Part shown: in pieces, positions 41,963-54,335 of the stretch | How positions within the stretch are numbered: the first letter of the stretch is position 1 | How the letters are laid out: every line of letters begins with the position of its first letter | From: Chiloscyllium plagiosum | Taxonomy: Eukaryota | Direction of reading: 5' to 3' | Assembly: GCF_004010195.1 (NCBI RefSeq) | Contig: NC_057726.1 | Coordinates: 60,842,070-60,906,069 of the forward strand | DNA: 64,000 bases | Translations under genes and position numbers: made by a program | The notes under the pieces: generated by a model | Database searches by the model: none | What the model was told of the DNA's origin: nothing | The model's input: only the letters and a program-made list of their open reading frames with translations

Positions 41963-43404
41963 TAGAGCTGTTATCTTGGATATCTTGCAGAGTAGAGCAA
42001 GCATCTAGTTGCAATGAGTCAATACAATTGCATCAAGAATTTCTTCAGAAGTCAGTAAAGGATCAGGCTTGAAAGGCCTATTCGTTGTTTTGAAGTTATA
42101 CCAACAGTTGTAGTAATTTCATTTGATTACCTTCCAAACTCTAATACAGGGTTGAAAACTCTTTCTTTGTATCGGTATTATCTTTTGAACAAAATTCAGT
42201 TTTATAACCTGAATACCACCTTCCATGTCCTTCACCCACCCGCACACCTACAGGCGGCCCTGTTATGACATAGGCTGCTTTTAGCACAACCAACTCATTT
42301 TCACTTACTTATGGTCCCCATTATCAGTTTTTTTTCTCTCTTGAGCATACTATCACTCCTTTGCCTTGCTGACTGTCTCTTGCTCACTCACTCTTAGCTC
42401 CATCTTCCTCATCCGCTGTTCCTTTTCTCACCCCACCACCACATTTCCTAACCACTATCAGTTCAGAAGGGTCACTGGGCTTATAACATTAACTCTGCTT
42501 TCTCTCCACAGATCCTGCCAGACTTGTTAGAGTATCTCCAGTTTTTGCTTTTGTTTCAGATTTCCAGCTTCCACAGTTCTTTGTTTTATTTCAATTTAAA
42601 TTCAATTATTTTTTAAAATGAACAACCCATGTATCTTATCGCAGGCAATTTAAAAGTTGAAGACTGGTTTCATAAACCTTCCATCAGACCTGATACTTCA
42701 CTGACTTCTGAAGAAAAGTAATTGCTTGTTATTTTGTTAGTTGTTTAGTCCTCTGAGAATTCACGGTTAGGGAAAACTATGTGAGTCTTTAGCTTTTCTG
42801 TTTCCCTTTCTAGCAATGCATTTCTGCATCTGGACAGATTAAGTGTGATGGAAGGTAGTTTTTTTTTTCTGGACTTGACAATATTTGTTTTTCATTAAAT
42901 ATGTGGAAGCTCTTGCAAACTTGGAGCTGAGTGCCGAACTGGCACATTTGCTGTCCATGACTGAGGCTGTGAAGGCAAACAGACCATTTACCACATCTGC
43001 ATGCTTACTTTCAACAACTGGTGTACAAGGGTACCCAGGTCTCCTTTTCCCAGTCTACCGTCACTTCAAGTAGCAATGTGCCTGCCTGTTTTTGCTTCCA
43101 AAGTGGACAATCTCATTTATCAAAATTTATTCTTCCTCCTCCATGCATTTATCTACCTATTCAACTTGTCCAAATTATACTGTTGCCCTTCTTACAGCTC
43201 ACCCTTCCACCCAGTTTTGTGTTTGCACGCTTGAGGATATTATATTTGGTTCCTTAATCTAAAAGTTCAAGTAAACCACGTCCACTGGCACCGCCTTATC
43301 AACTTGTTACATCCTTTAAAAATTCCAATGTACTTGTCAAGCATGATTTCCCTATTGACTGTGATCTGATTTCCAAGTTCTATGCTATTAAATCTTTTGA
43401 TTTG

Positions 43405-44235
43405 GACTCCACTGTTTTCCCCAATTCTTCTGCCTCTGCTCCCAGGAAGAGCAATTCAACTCCAGGACATCCCAAATGGCCTTCTATTTCAAGGACCGCA
43501 GTTTTCACTCCCACGTGGTCAACAATGCCCTCGCAAAAGATGTAAAACCCGTGCCCACACCTCCTTCCCCCCCCCCCCCCCCCCGCCCACCTCTCTCCAA
43601 GGCCCCAAAGGATCCTTCTACATCTGCACCTAAACACATCATCTACAGCGTTCATTGTTCTTGATGTGGGGGAGACAGGATGCTAACTTGCAGAATGTTT
43701 CAGGGAACATCTCTGGGACACACTCACCAAGCATCTCCACTGACCTGTGGCCAACCACTTCAATTCCCTCTCCCATTCCAAGGACATGCAAGTCCTGGGC
43801 GGCCTTCCACTGCCAAATCTGAGCTACCCGATTCCTGGACAAAGAATGCCTCATTTTCCGCCTTGGGACCCTCCAACCACATGGCATCAATGTCCAACTT
43901 CACCAACTCCCTCATCTCCCCACCACCACCTCCTCCCAGATCCAACCCTCCAATTCAGCAACGACCTCTTGAACTGTCTTACCTGTCCATCTTTCTGCCC
44001 ACTTATCCACTCCACCCTCCCCTCCGACCTATTGCCATCACCCCCGCTCTGCATTTACCTATCGCCTTCCCATCTACCAGCCCAACCCTTACCTTCCTAT
44101 TTATCTATGCGCCCCCCCCCCCCCCCCCCCCCCCCATTCCTGATTAAGGGCTTATGCCCGAAATGTTGATTCTCCTACTCCTCAGGTTGCTACCTGACCT
44201 GCTTTGCTTTTCCAATGCCACACTTCTCAACTCAT
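43405..44235 (+). mobile_element. PLE family A 3' fragment
   Basis: ANHFNSLSHSKDMQVLG is homologous to 2172-2300. It has a C-rich UTR and a decayed hammerhead, CTGATTA..GGGCttatGCCC GAAA, at 44140-44166. Confidence 0.75.
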
Positions 44236-44543
44236 ATGAAAACATCTAAATATTAAATTCTAAAACTGTTCAAGGGGTTTGTCTCTCTTTCACTTTAGGG
44301 CTCTATGTTACGAATGTTAGTATTATTGAATGTTGTGTTATGAGATTAATTCCAAGTTGACTACTTTAAATACTTGCAAATCCTGACAATTGCAGTTTAA
44401 AAATATTGAAGCATTGGGTGAGCTATGGTGTTGCAGACAAAGGAGTTCTCTTTTATGTGGGAGACTGTTGTACACCTGTGCTCAAATATGCCCTGAAGAA
44501 GAAGAATAGAAGGGAGAAACCTGGAAGTCTTGGTTAGAATGTG

Positions 44544-44862
44544 GATTAGATTAGATTAGATTCCCTACAGTATGGAAATAGACCCTTCAGCCCAACAAAT
44601 TCTCACCCACCCTCTGAAGAGTAATCCATCCAGACCATTCCCCTATTTACTAATGCACTTAACACTATGGGGCAATTTAGCATGGCCAATTCACCTGACC
44701 TGCACATCTTTGGACTGTGGGAAGAAAGCAGAGCACCCGGAGGAACCCACGCAGACACTGGGAGAATGTGCAAACTCTACACAGACAGTTGCCCAGGGTG
44801 GGATCTAACCGGGTCCCTGGCGCTGAGGCAGCAATGCTAACCACTGAGCCACGGTGCCACCC
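44544..44862 (-). mobile_element. HE1-type SINE
   Basis: Reverse complement of the 41207 copy, with (gatta)n tail. Confidence 0.9.
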
Positions 44863-45029
44863 TGTGTTAATATTTAGGCTCAATTGTAGCATTCTTGGTT
44901 GCTTCCTCAACATTGACGGATGTAAAACTACTATCTTCTCTTTAGCTCCAAAGGAGTGTTTTTGGATCACAGTTAGTTTTGCCAGGCAATTCCTGACTTT
45001 GAAGGTGTTGTATGATCTAGCTAAGGTTA

Positions 45030-45335
45030 GATTACATTCGTTTAGATTCCCTCCAGTGTGGAAACAGGCCCTTCGGTCCAACCAGTCCACACCAACCCTC
45101 CAAAGAGTAACCCACCCAGACCCATTTCTCTCTGACTAATGCACTTAACACTATGGGCAATTTAGCATGGCCAATTCATCTGACCTGCTCAGTTTTGGAC
45201 TGAGAGGAAACCGGAGCACCCGGAAGAAATCCACGCAGACACTGAGAATGTGCAAACTCCACACTGACAGTCACCCAAGGCTGGAATCGAACCTGGGACC
45301 CTGGTGCTGAGGCAGCAGTGCTAACCACTGAGCCA
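45030..45335 (-). mobile_element. HE1-type SINE
   Basis: Reverse complement of the 41207 copy. AAGGTTA is duplicated at 45023 and 45336. Confidence 0.9.
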
Positions 45336-45793
45336 AAGGTTAATAGTTTATAGAACATACGTAAAACAGCACAGTACAAGCCCTTCAGCCCTCAATGTTG
45401 CACCAACCTGTGGAATCAGTCTGAAACCCATCTTACCTAGTGTTCAATTTTCATCCATAATGTTTCGTTCTCAAAATTGATTACTGACTAACCTGATTCT
45501 CAGATTTCTGTATTAAGAAAATCAATTTGAACCAATGGCAGCTGTGTACAGCTTTGGTAATGAAGTTCTCTTTTAGTAAAAATTTATTGGTTCTGGTTAT
45601 TTTCTCAAACCACTGACTACCTAGAGATACTGAGGAGTGCTATATAATTATCTTGCCATTGAAGTAAATATTGTCAGCTGTGCTACATGGTTCCAAGTGA
45701 CCCTGTTTGAAAGCTGGTAAATGATAGATCACATTGGTCTGATCATCATTACATGCATCAGTATATTAAATCAATTCCATGTTTATCTTCCAG

Positions 45794-45894
45794 CTTGTTC
45801 GTATTGCCAAGGTTTTAGGAACTGATGAATTGTTTGACTACCTCAAGAAATATCACATTGAACTGGATCCTCGATTTAATGATACTTTGGGCCA
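45794..45894 (+). CDS. CSNK2A2: CK2 alpha-prime coding exon: [33 protein letters not shown](Q)
   Basis: Acceptor tcttccag, donor gtgagt, 101 nt. YLKKYHI and LGQ are alpha-prime-like. Confidence 0.96.
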
Positions 45895-46484
45895 GTGAGT
45901 AGTAGAATTAAAATTAATCATTAAAAATATTTGTTAACCTGAAGTACTTGTTCCCTGTGACCTGATATTTAAGTGCACATCTTTTGCAAGGGGAAGACAG
46001 AAGTACTGAAAAGTTCATTTCAGAAAAATCTGTATTATCAAGCGAGTTAGGGCTTCAAATGTTTAGACATGATTCCTAAATTTGAATTAAATTTTGGGCA
46101 AATAGTGACTTAGAGAAATCGGGAGCCATCAGTCTGAGTTCTGTAAACTCTCATGGAGTGGAGAGTTAAGAAAGATGATCCTTAAGATAGCACAGCACAC
46201 TTTTGTCCACTGGAACGAATTCCTTCTTAATAAATGATTACTGTTCAGATCTGGTAAGGGTGCAGGAAAAACCTACATTTAATTTAAGTCAACTTGATGT
46301 ATTCTGTTCATTTAATGAAGAATAGTGCATTTTATAAATTCACTATATGGTCAAAACATGATACATTGTCACTTAGTAATGCAGAGCTTGAAAATGCTAT
46401 AGCAGGAGATGCTGTTGAAGCTTTGTCTTGTGTTCACCGGAGCAAATGCAAGAAATTTGATACTTTAGAACGTAGGTTTGATAT

Positions 46485-46524
46485 CCAGACGTTTCATTAC
46501 CTGGCTAGGTAACATCGTCAGTGG
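46485..46524 (-). ncRNA. Minimal hammerhead ribozyme motif, near-intact
   Basis: Reverse complement: cca-CTGACGA-T-GTTACCT agcc AGGTAAT-GAAA-CG-TC-tgg. Confidence 0.68.
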
Positions 46525-46780
46525 CGACCTCCAAGTGAAGCAAAGCTGTTGTCTCCTGCTTTCTATTTATATCTTTCTCCTGTATGGGGTTCCTGGGGTT
46601 TGTGGTGATGTCATTTCCTGTTCGTTTTCGGAGGGGTTGATAGATGGCATCTAGATCTGTGTGTTTGTTTATGGTGTTGTAGTTGGAGTGCCAGGCCTCT
46701 AGGAATTCTCTGGCATGTCTTTGCTTAGCCTGTCCCAGGATAAATGTGTTGTCCCAGTCGAAATGGTGGTTTTTTTCATC

Positions 46781-47089
46781 NNNNNNNNNNNNNNNNNNNN
46801 NNNNNNNNNNNNNNNNNNNNNNNNNNNNNNNNNNNNNNNNNNNNNNNNNNNNNNNNNNNNNNNNNNNNNNNNNNNNNNNNNNNNNNNNNNNNNNNNNNNN
46901 NNNNNNNNNNNNNNNNNNNNNNNNNNNNNNNNNNNNNNNNNNNNNNNNNNNNNNNNNNNNNNNNNNNNNNNNNNNNNNNNNNNNNNNNNNNNNNNNNNNN
47001 NNNNNNNNNNNNNNNNNNNNNNNNNNNNNNNNNNNNNNNNNNNNNNNNNNNNNNNNNNNNNNNNNNNNNNNNNNNNNNNNNNNNNNNNN
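46781..47089. other. Assembly gap (N run)
   Basis: 309 Ns. Confidence 1.
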
Positions 47090-47198
47090 CTCAGAAAACG
47101 AACAGGAAATGACATCACCACAAACCCCAGGAACCCCATCCAGGACAAAGATATAAATAGAAAGCAGGAGACAACAACTTCGCTTCACTTGGAAGTCG

Positions 47199-47235
47199 CC
47201 ACTGATGATACCTAGCCAGGTAATGAAACGTCTGG
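47199..47235 (+). ncRNA. Hammerhead motif with a 3-nt deletion in stem II
   Basis: cca-CTGATGA-TACCT agcc AGGTA AT-GAAA-CG-TC-tgg. Confidence 0.45.
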
Positions 47236-47391
47236 ATATCAAACCTACAGCTCAGCGAGCAAACCTACACCCTAAACCTCAACCTGAGCTACAAACCTTG
47301 CAAATTTGATACTATTGCACAATTCTTCATGACTGCTAGTCTGTGTTGTTTAATTGGTCAGTGCATTCAGCTAAGTAAAAGATTGATGTTT

Positions 47392-50125
47392 CAAGACATC
47401 CAGGGTGGAGTTGTCATTATTTTCACTCTACCTGCTTGTGGGGCTTGGGTAGGGGAACATTTGTTATATATGTCCAGGATGGTTTTCTTGTAACAGTGTG
47501 TAAATAGGCCCTCCAGGAAAGGGGCCACATTAGGCCTGATACTGGGGAATGAGCCTGGCCAGGTGATCGAGGTTTGTGGAAGAGCAGTGACCATAATTCT
47601 AAGTTTTTTTTATAACTTATGGGTAAGGATAAGAGTAGTCTTCGGGTGAAAGTATTAATTTGAGGGAAGATTAACTACCACGATAATAAAAACTCTGAAA
47701 TATAGACAGGGACAGCAGTTTGAGGGTAAATCCTCTTCTGGCCTATGGAAATCTTCTAAAGGCCAGTTGATTGAAGTTCAGGACTAGCATCATCCTGTGA
47801 AAGTGAAGGATAAGTATGGCAAGGTTTGGGAATCCTGGGTGATGCGAGAAATTGAGTGTTTTGTAAAATGAAAGAAGGCATATGAAAGGTTTAGGAAACT
47901 GAAGACAGAGCCCGTGAAGAATACTAATATAGCAGGAAAGAACTCAAACAAGGAATTAGGAGAGCTAAAAAGGGCTACGAAATGATGTTAGCAAACAGGA
48001 TTAAGGAACATCTCAAGTTTTTTTTTATATAAAAGAAACACTAGGGTAGCTAGGGAAAGGGTAGGTCCACCTGAGCACAAAGGGAATTTGAGTGAAGCCA
48101 AAGGAAGTGGGTGAGGTCATTAATGAAAACTTTACATCAGTATTCACAAAGCAGAAGGATGTAGTAGATGGTGAGTCTCAGAAGTTGATATTCTGGGAAA
48201 TGTCAATGTTAAAAAAAAAAAGTGTTAAGTGTTTTAAAAGGCATTAAGGTAGACAGGTCCCCAGAACCTGATGGATCTATCTCAGAATGCTGAAGGAGGA
48301 AATTGCTGGAGCTTTGAAGAAAATCTTTAAAACCTCTTTAGTTACGGGAGAGGTCCAGAGGACTAGAGAATAGCCGATGTTGGTTTGTTTAAGAAGGGCA
48401 ACAGAGATAATCTGGGAAATTGCAGGCCACTGAGCCCTATGTCAATGGTAGGGAAATTATTGCAGGAGATTCTTTGTGACAGGCTTTTTATGTACATTTG
48501 GAGAAATATAGACTTCTTAATGATATTCAGCATGATTTTGTAGGAAGGTAGCACCTCAAACTTGATTGAGTAGTTTTGAGGAAGTGACGAAGGTGATTGA
48601 GGGAACAGTGGCAGATGTTGTCTATGTGGACTTTAGCAAAGCATTTGATAAGGTCATGGCTGGCTTATATAAAAGATGATGTCACATGGGATCTGTGGTG
48701 AGATGGATACAGAACTGGCTTGGTCATAGAGAGTTGCAGTGGAAGGGTGTTTTTCTGACTGGAAATCTGTAACTATGGGTGTTCCACAGGGACCCCTGCT
48801 GTTTGTAATATAATAAATAATTTGGAGGAGAATGCAGGTGGTTTGATTATTAAGTTTGTGGATGGCACGAAGATTGGGGGAGCTGCGGATATTAAGGATT
48901 GCTAGAGGAGACAGTAGGATACAGATAGGTCGGAGACATAGGTAGAGAAATGGCAGATGGACTTTAATTTGGACAAACTTAAGTTGATGCATTTTGGAAG
49001 ACCTAATGCAGGAGGGAACTACACAGTAAATAGGAGAACCCTTAGTTGCAACAACCTAGGGTATTAGGCATACAGGTCCACAGTTCCCCTGAAAGTGGCA
49101 ACACAAATGGATAAGGTAGTCAAATAGGTACATAGCATACTCTCCTTCGGTTGGGGCACAGAGTTTAAAAATTGGCAGGTCAGACTGCAGCTCTATCCAC
49201 AGACCCTCAGTCACAGATCCTTCAATCCAACCAGTCCGTGCTGTACAATAATTCCAAACTAAACTAATCCCACCTGCCTTCTCCTGGCCCCTATCCCTCC
49301 AAACCTTTCCTATTCATGTACTTAACTAAAGTGTTTTTTAAGTATTGTAACTGTACCTGCATCCACCACTTCCTCAGGAAGTTCATTCCACATGCGAATC
49401 ACTTTGTTTTGAAACAGAAATTGCCTTTCATATCTTTAAATTTCTCTCTTCTCACCTTAAACATATGCTCCCTACTCATGAAATTTCCTATCTTAGGGAA
49501 AAGACACCACCTATTAGCTCTAATGTAAACTCCTCATGATTTTATAAATCTTTATAACATGTCAATCTCCTATGTTCCAGTGAGAAAAGTCCCAACCTGT
49601 CTATCCTTTCTTTATTTGAAATATTGCGTACAGTTCTGGTTGCCATGAAGGATGTGGAGGCTTTGTAGAGGCACAGAAGCAATTTGCCAGGATGTTGCCT
49701 GGTTTGGAGGGTATTAACCGTGAGCGAAGAGATTGAACAAACTTTGTTTGTTTTCTCTTGAATGTCAGAGGCTGATGATTGACCTGATGAAAGTTTTTTA
49801 AAAGATTATTAGAGGCATGGATAGAATCGGATAGTGGGACTCTCTCTCCCATGGTAGAAAAGTCATTTGCTACATGACGTAGATTTAAAATAGAAAGAGG
49901 AAATTTAAAGGAGATTTGAGAGGCAAGTTTTTTACGTGGGCAGTGGTGCGCCAGAGGAAGTGGTAAAAGCAGATACAATAACAACGGAGAGTCATCTTGA
50001 CAGATATATGAGTAGACAGGGAGTGGAGGGATATGCACTTGTGTAAAGGCCAAAGGTTTTTTAGTTTTGAAAGCCATCATGTGTTCGTGCAGTCTTGGTG
50101 GACCAAAGGCCTGTCTGTACCTGTG
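47392..50125 (+). mobile_element. Decayed CR1 LINE ORF2 (about 2.3 kb) interrupted by a minus-strand CR1 3' fragment (about 49200-49600)
   Basis: Motifs DVVYVDFSKAFDK, GVPQG, KFVDGTK and WQMDFNLDK; CR1 3' UTR near 50090-50125. Confidence 0.85.
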
Positions 50126-50184
50126 CAATACTTTGTTCTTTGACTGCAAGTTACAAAGCGTCATATGCAGTCTTTTTTTTTTGA

Positions 50185-50457
<273 letters not shown>

Positions 50458-50644
50458 TGATCTGCAGCTTTACAGAGTTCTGTCTAAGCTCAGGGATATT
50501 CATGGGAGTCATCTATTTTCTTTGGTTATACTACTGTTTCTCGTTTGGGTGGAGAGGGGAGTTTCTCATAATTTGTCCCATCCCTCTATTCAGATCACAA
50601 ATTCAGGTTACAATGCTGTTGTAGTGAGAGCAAATAATTAGAAG

Positions 50645-51070
50645 AAAGATAGACTTGCATAACTATAGCATTTTTTTTACAAGCACCAGTTATTTCCAAG
50701 CTCTTTAATATTTTAATATTTTCGAGCTGTAGTCATGACTAAACATGACAGCCAGCTAGCATACAGCAAACTGCCATGGACAATAATGTGGTAAAGGTGA
50801 GGTTGTGTGTTCTTATGTCAATTGAGGGATAAATATTGGACACAACATTGGGGAAAAAACCATAACTTTTGTTCACATCAGTGCCAGATTTCTTTTACAT
50901 CCACCTGAAAGCACAGGTGTCCTTGGTTTAAAATCTTAACTATAAACAGCACCTCCAATCCTTCAATATCACACTGGTGTGTGTCAGCCTTTTATTTGCT
51001 AAAGTCTTAATGTTGGATTGGAATCTACAGCTTCTGACTTGGGTGTGTGTGCTACCCACTGAACAATGGC
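50645..51070 (-). mobile_element. DeuSINE (SacSINE1-like) relic
   Basis: The reverse complement shows a tRNA-like head near 51030-51070, a central ccaatatttatccctcaa motif and a tail homologous to 5655-5795. Confidence 0.55.
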
Positions 51071-51287
51071 GTACACTTATTGAAGAGTGTGACCCTATCT
51101 CACTTTCCAGATATCCCAGTTCCCACTGAGTTAAAACTTGCCCAGCACCCCCACCTTGGAGAAGGTAGTAAATAGTCAATCTTCCTTTGTGCATCTGGAC
51201 TGATTTTAAACTGGTGCGTAACAATTATTGGGTAGGTCAGTGATCTGTCAGTGTCTTTCAGATAACTAGAAACTGAGCCACAAAATA

Positions 51288-51613
51288 CTGATAGATAACC
51301 CTTTATCCGAAAAACTCCAAAATCTGAAGGTTTTTTGTGAAGTTTTTATCTCATTAACAAGATGTGGTGTGCAAATAGTTAACCCAACTCCACACCCACT
51401 CGATGTGTGTCACTCAGATGTAATGTGGGGGGGCATGGCCCAGCACTGCAGGCCTCAATTCTGTCTCCGGGTCCGTTATTCAGTGAGCCTGCTGTTTGGT
51501 AAGATATTTTAAGAATTTAATCGTTGAACTGACACTTATTCTGAAATTCGAAAAATTCCGAATTCCAAAAACCAGCTAGTCCTGAGTGTTTTGGATAAAG
51601 GATTGTGTACCTC
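51288..51613. mobile_element. Tigger4/MER46(Zombi)-like non-autonomous DNA transposon
   Basis: Inverted ends CCTTTATCCGAAA and TTTTGGATAAAGG, subterminal (t)ccgaaa-type repeats, and a TA at the right flank. Confidence 0.65.
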
Positions 51614-52147
51614 TACTATGAAATATGAGGCAGGAGTGGATTGTGGCTGTCACTAAGTTGGTTAACTGTTCCACCTAGGAATGGAGTGCGCATGGAGCAA
51701 TTTCAGAGTAATACAAAACAAGTACCTTGTTTTCTGAAAAGTATCCTAATGCTCTTGTTGCCCTTTTATATGTTAGGAGTATATCGCATTTTCTTGGGAG
51801 TCCATGAATATTGATCCATGTTAAAGAACCATTGGTTTGTCAGAAACCCTGTTGGTATCTGAATATAACTTTAAAAAGTGGCTCTGAATACTTTGTCATT
51901 GCTGCCCTGTTTGTTGTGGGTGCTATTAAGGATACTCCCTTTACATTGACATATAGTATTTTTCTAATGGCAATTCAGAAATATGAAGATTCTGTCTGTC
52001 ATTTTATCCCCCACTGCAGTTTCGTTAACAAGGATTCTTGAGTCTGTTGACTAATGGGTTGCAGTAGTTGGTTTGGAGCATCACTATTGACAACCAGCAG
52101 TTATTTCAACTGATTTGTTTATTCCTCTCATTCCTTGCCCATCTCAG

Positions 52148-52227
52148 ATCCAATAATCAAGGAGCATTCGGATGGTGCTCGGAGTAACAGCTCACATGTG
52201 CCCAGTGTTTCTGCAGCTGTACGATGA
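52148..52227 (+). CDS. CSNK2A2: Last coding exon, short alpha-prime-type C-tail: (Y)PIIKEHSDGARSNSSHVPSVSAAVR*
   Basis: Acceptor atctcag, phase fits the preceding exon, TGA at 52225-52227. The short tail resembles human alpha-prime YPVVKE...TAAR* and not the long alpha tail. Confidence 0.88.
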
Positions 52228-52505
52228 ATCCTTCTGCTGTCAGCACAATTCATACTGCAAGACGATGAGTTACAGGTTTTACAGGGGAGACATTGGGCAA
52301 AGAAGAGCTATCACAGTCTAGGAATGTGAACTTGTGACTGCAGCTACACAGGTGACCATGGCTTACCCTAAATCCAGTGGCAACACTCTTCTACATCCAT
52401 TTATTTTAGATTTCCATTTATGTTTCAGAGAGAATTACAACTTACTAGATATTTTGGTTCTGAAATTAAATGTTTTTGTATATTTATATATTTTTTTTGT
52501 ATTGT

Positions 52506-52511
52506 AATAAA
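52506..52511 (+). terminator. Candidate proximal polyadenylation signal
   Basis: AATAAA after a U-rich stretch with TGTA motifs, followed by a GT/T-rich element (gtgttgtcctttc). Confidence 0.5.
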
Positions 52512-54248
52512 ATACCTAGAATGTGTTCAATTACCAGATTTCCTCGTGTTGTCCTTTCTCCCCATCTTGTTTCTGTAAATATTTATCCAATTTGCCAAAT
52601 GCAGTTAATATCTTTAAAAGAAAAGCTATAATGAGCTCAAGGTTCTGAGCTGCTCATGAACAGTCCATCGTTGGGTACGTGCTTTTTTTTATTTAATCCA
52701 ACCTCTGTTTAAAGTCGCACTGTCTTATCTCCAGGTGATTCTAATCAATTCTAGGTCTCTTTTGTAAAATTCAAACTTTGTTGGTATCTTTGGGCAGATG
52801 TGCCCTGTAACTGCTCATTCTCTGGTAATGATTCAGATGAATTATCTAGCTATTATTTGATGCCTTGAGTTGCTCTCTTGTTCACACCATCAGTCTTGGC
52901 TGTACTGTGTTCCTTAATACAATGATCTGTGGATAAGCAGGACAGACTTGGTGGAAAGGGGAACTCTATCCAAAGTGATGCTGAGTGCCATTATAACCTA
53001 CTACAGGTTGTAACAATAAAGCAGCAGTACGATATTCTAAGAAAGTTTAACTAACTTGATTGGAATGGAGCTAATAACTTGAGCACAGAAGGTATCATTT
53101 GATGTTTCTGCTACAGTTCCATGTCCTGGGCTGATGCTGACCAGTGTTTTTATTCGCAGACGGTGTTTCCCTGGAGGCTTCAAAAATGCCACACTCACCA
53201 AAGTGCACGTTTTTACAACCAATTGCTGGAAATGTATGGGATCCAAGAGAGAATACAGAGAGCTGTGCAGGCACATCATTCACAAAACAAAAACTGAATA
53301 GTTTAGATTTTTGTTCCAAAAAATTTTGTTGAGACAATCTATTAAATGCCATACAAAAAAAACAACTGTACAGAGTGGGCCTGGGCTATAGCAGGTGACA
53401 CAATCGCAGTGTAGCAAAGGAGCTGAAGACATACCAATGGGTAGAAGGAAGACAGGGGTAGCCACAAAAACCTACACTTTGTATATATGATATGGGCTAT
53501 GGCCTGGATGAAAATATTACAACTTTGTTTGGAAAAAAAAAACTACGGGTGCTAGAAAATATGCTTGACCGTGTGCAGGGAAAAGTATGTGAAGTACAAA
53601 TGGTTGGAGCGCTTGCCAAAAGAAAAAGCATGAGAATGTTTACAAATTGTACAGTTGTTAATTGCAGTAACATGGTAAATTGTTCCATTACAACTTTCAT
53701 CTAAGGCAAACTGCTGTGTACCTGATGCTAAATCCAATCAATTAAGTACTGCAGTGTACAGATTGGGAAATCCTGATCCAGACAACATTCAACCCTTTTC
53801 AAAGGGTTAAGGGAAAATTTCTGTTGGCTAATATTTAAAAGAAAACCCTTGCATGTTGATTTTAATTTTTTTTAAAAATCTGCATGGGGTATGACTTTTT
53901 CAAATTTTGCTCCTGACAAACTAATTACAATCTCAATTGAAACATATTTGCTGCTTTAGTAACAGAGGCTGTGTTAAAGCACTTGTAAGTAATGGAACTT
54001 TATCCTTCGCAGATCCCACGCAATCACTGAGTGTGATCCACTTCATTAAGGTTTGTTTATCCAAATTGGCCAAGCAAATGAAATTATTTTTTCTGAACCC
54101 ATTTGCTACAATCTAGTGCATGGTGTAGTGCAAAACTGTGCTTCATTTTAACCGTGTATCAGTCAGTTGACTTGTTTGTGTGGGGTTGGTGCGATGATGT
54201 GATGTACCCAATTGATGACAGCTATCATTCTAAGACCCAAGTTAACAA

Positions 54249-54335
54249 AATAAATAAAACATGGAGTTATTGGCATTGTATGCAAGTGTGTCTGGATTAA
54301 TACAAGTACTGTAATTTTTGTTTATTCAGAATAAA
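54249..54335 (+). terminator. Candidate distal polyadenylation signals
   Basis: AATAAA at 54249, 54253 and 54330, at the end of a repeat-poor AT-rich region, with GT/T-rich sequence downstream. Confidence 0.45.

Larger units (their letters stand above)
46465..47301. mobile_element. Palindromic PLE family B insertion spanning the assembly gap
   Basis: 46472-46630 is inverted relative to 47090-47268. The minus strand reads HHFDWDNTFILGQAKQRHAREFLEAWHS. The 12 bp TSD AAATTTGATACT is at 46453 and 47302. Confidence 0.85.

Noticed and set aside
43560-44135. Poly-C runs and Pro-rich ORFs (possible G-quadruplex on the minus strand)
   Set aside because: Expanded C tracts within a PLE remnant; no evidence of function.
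46505-47242. Long ORFs in the ORF track
   Set aside because: Artefacts of translating through the N gap.
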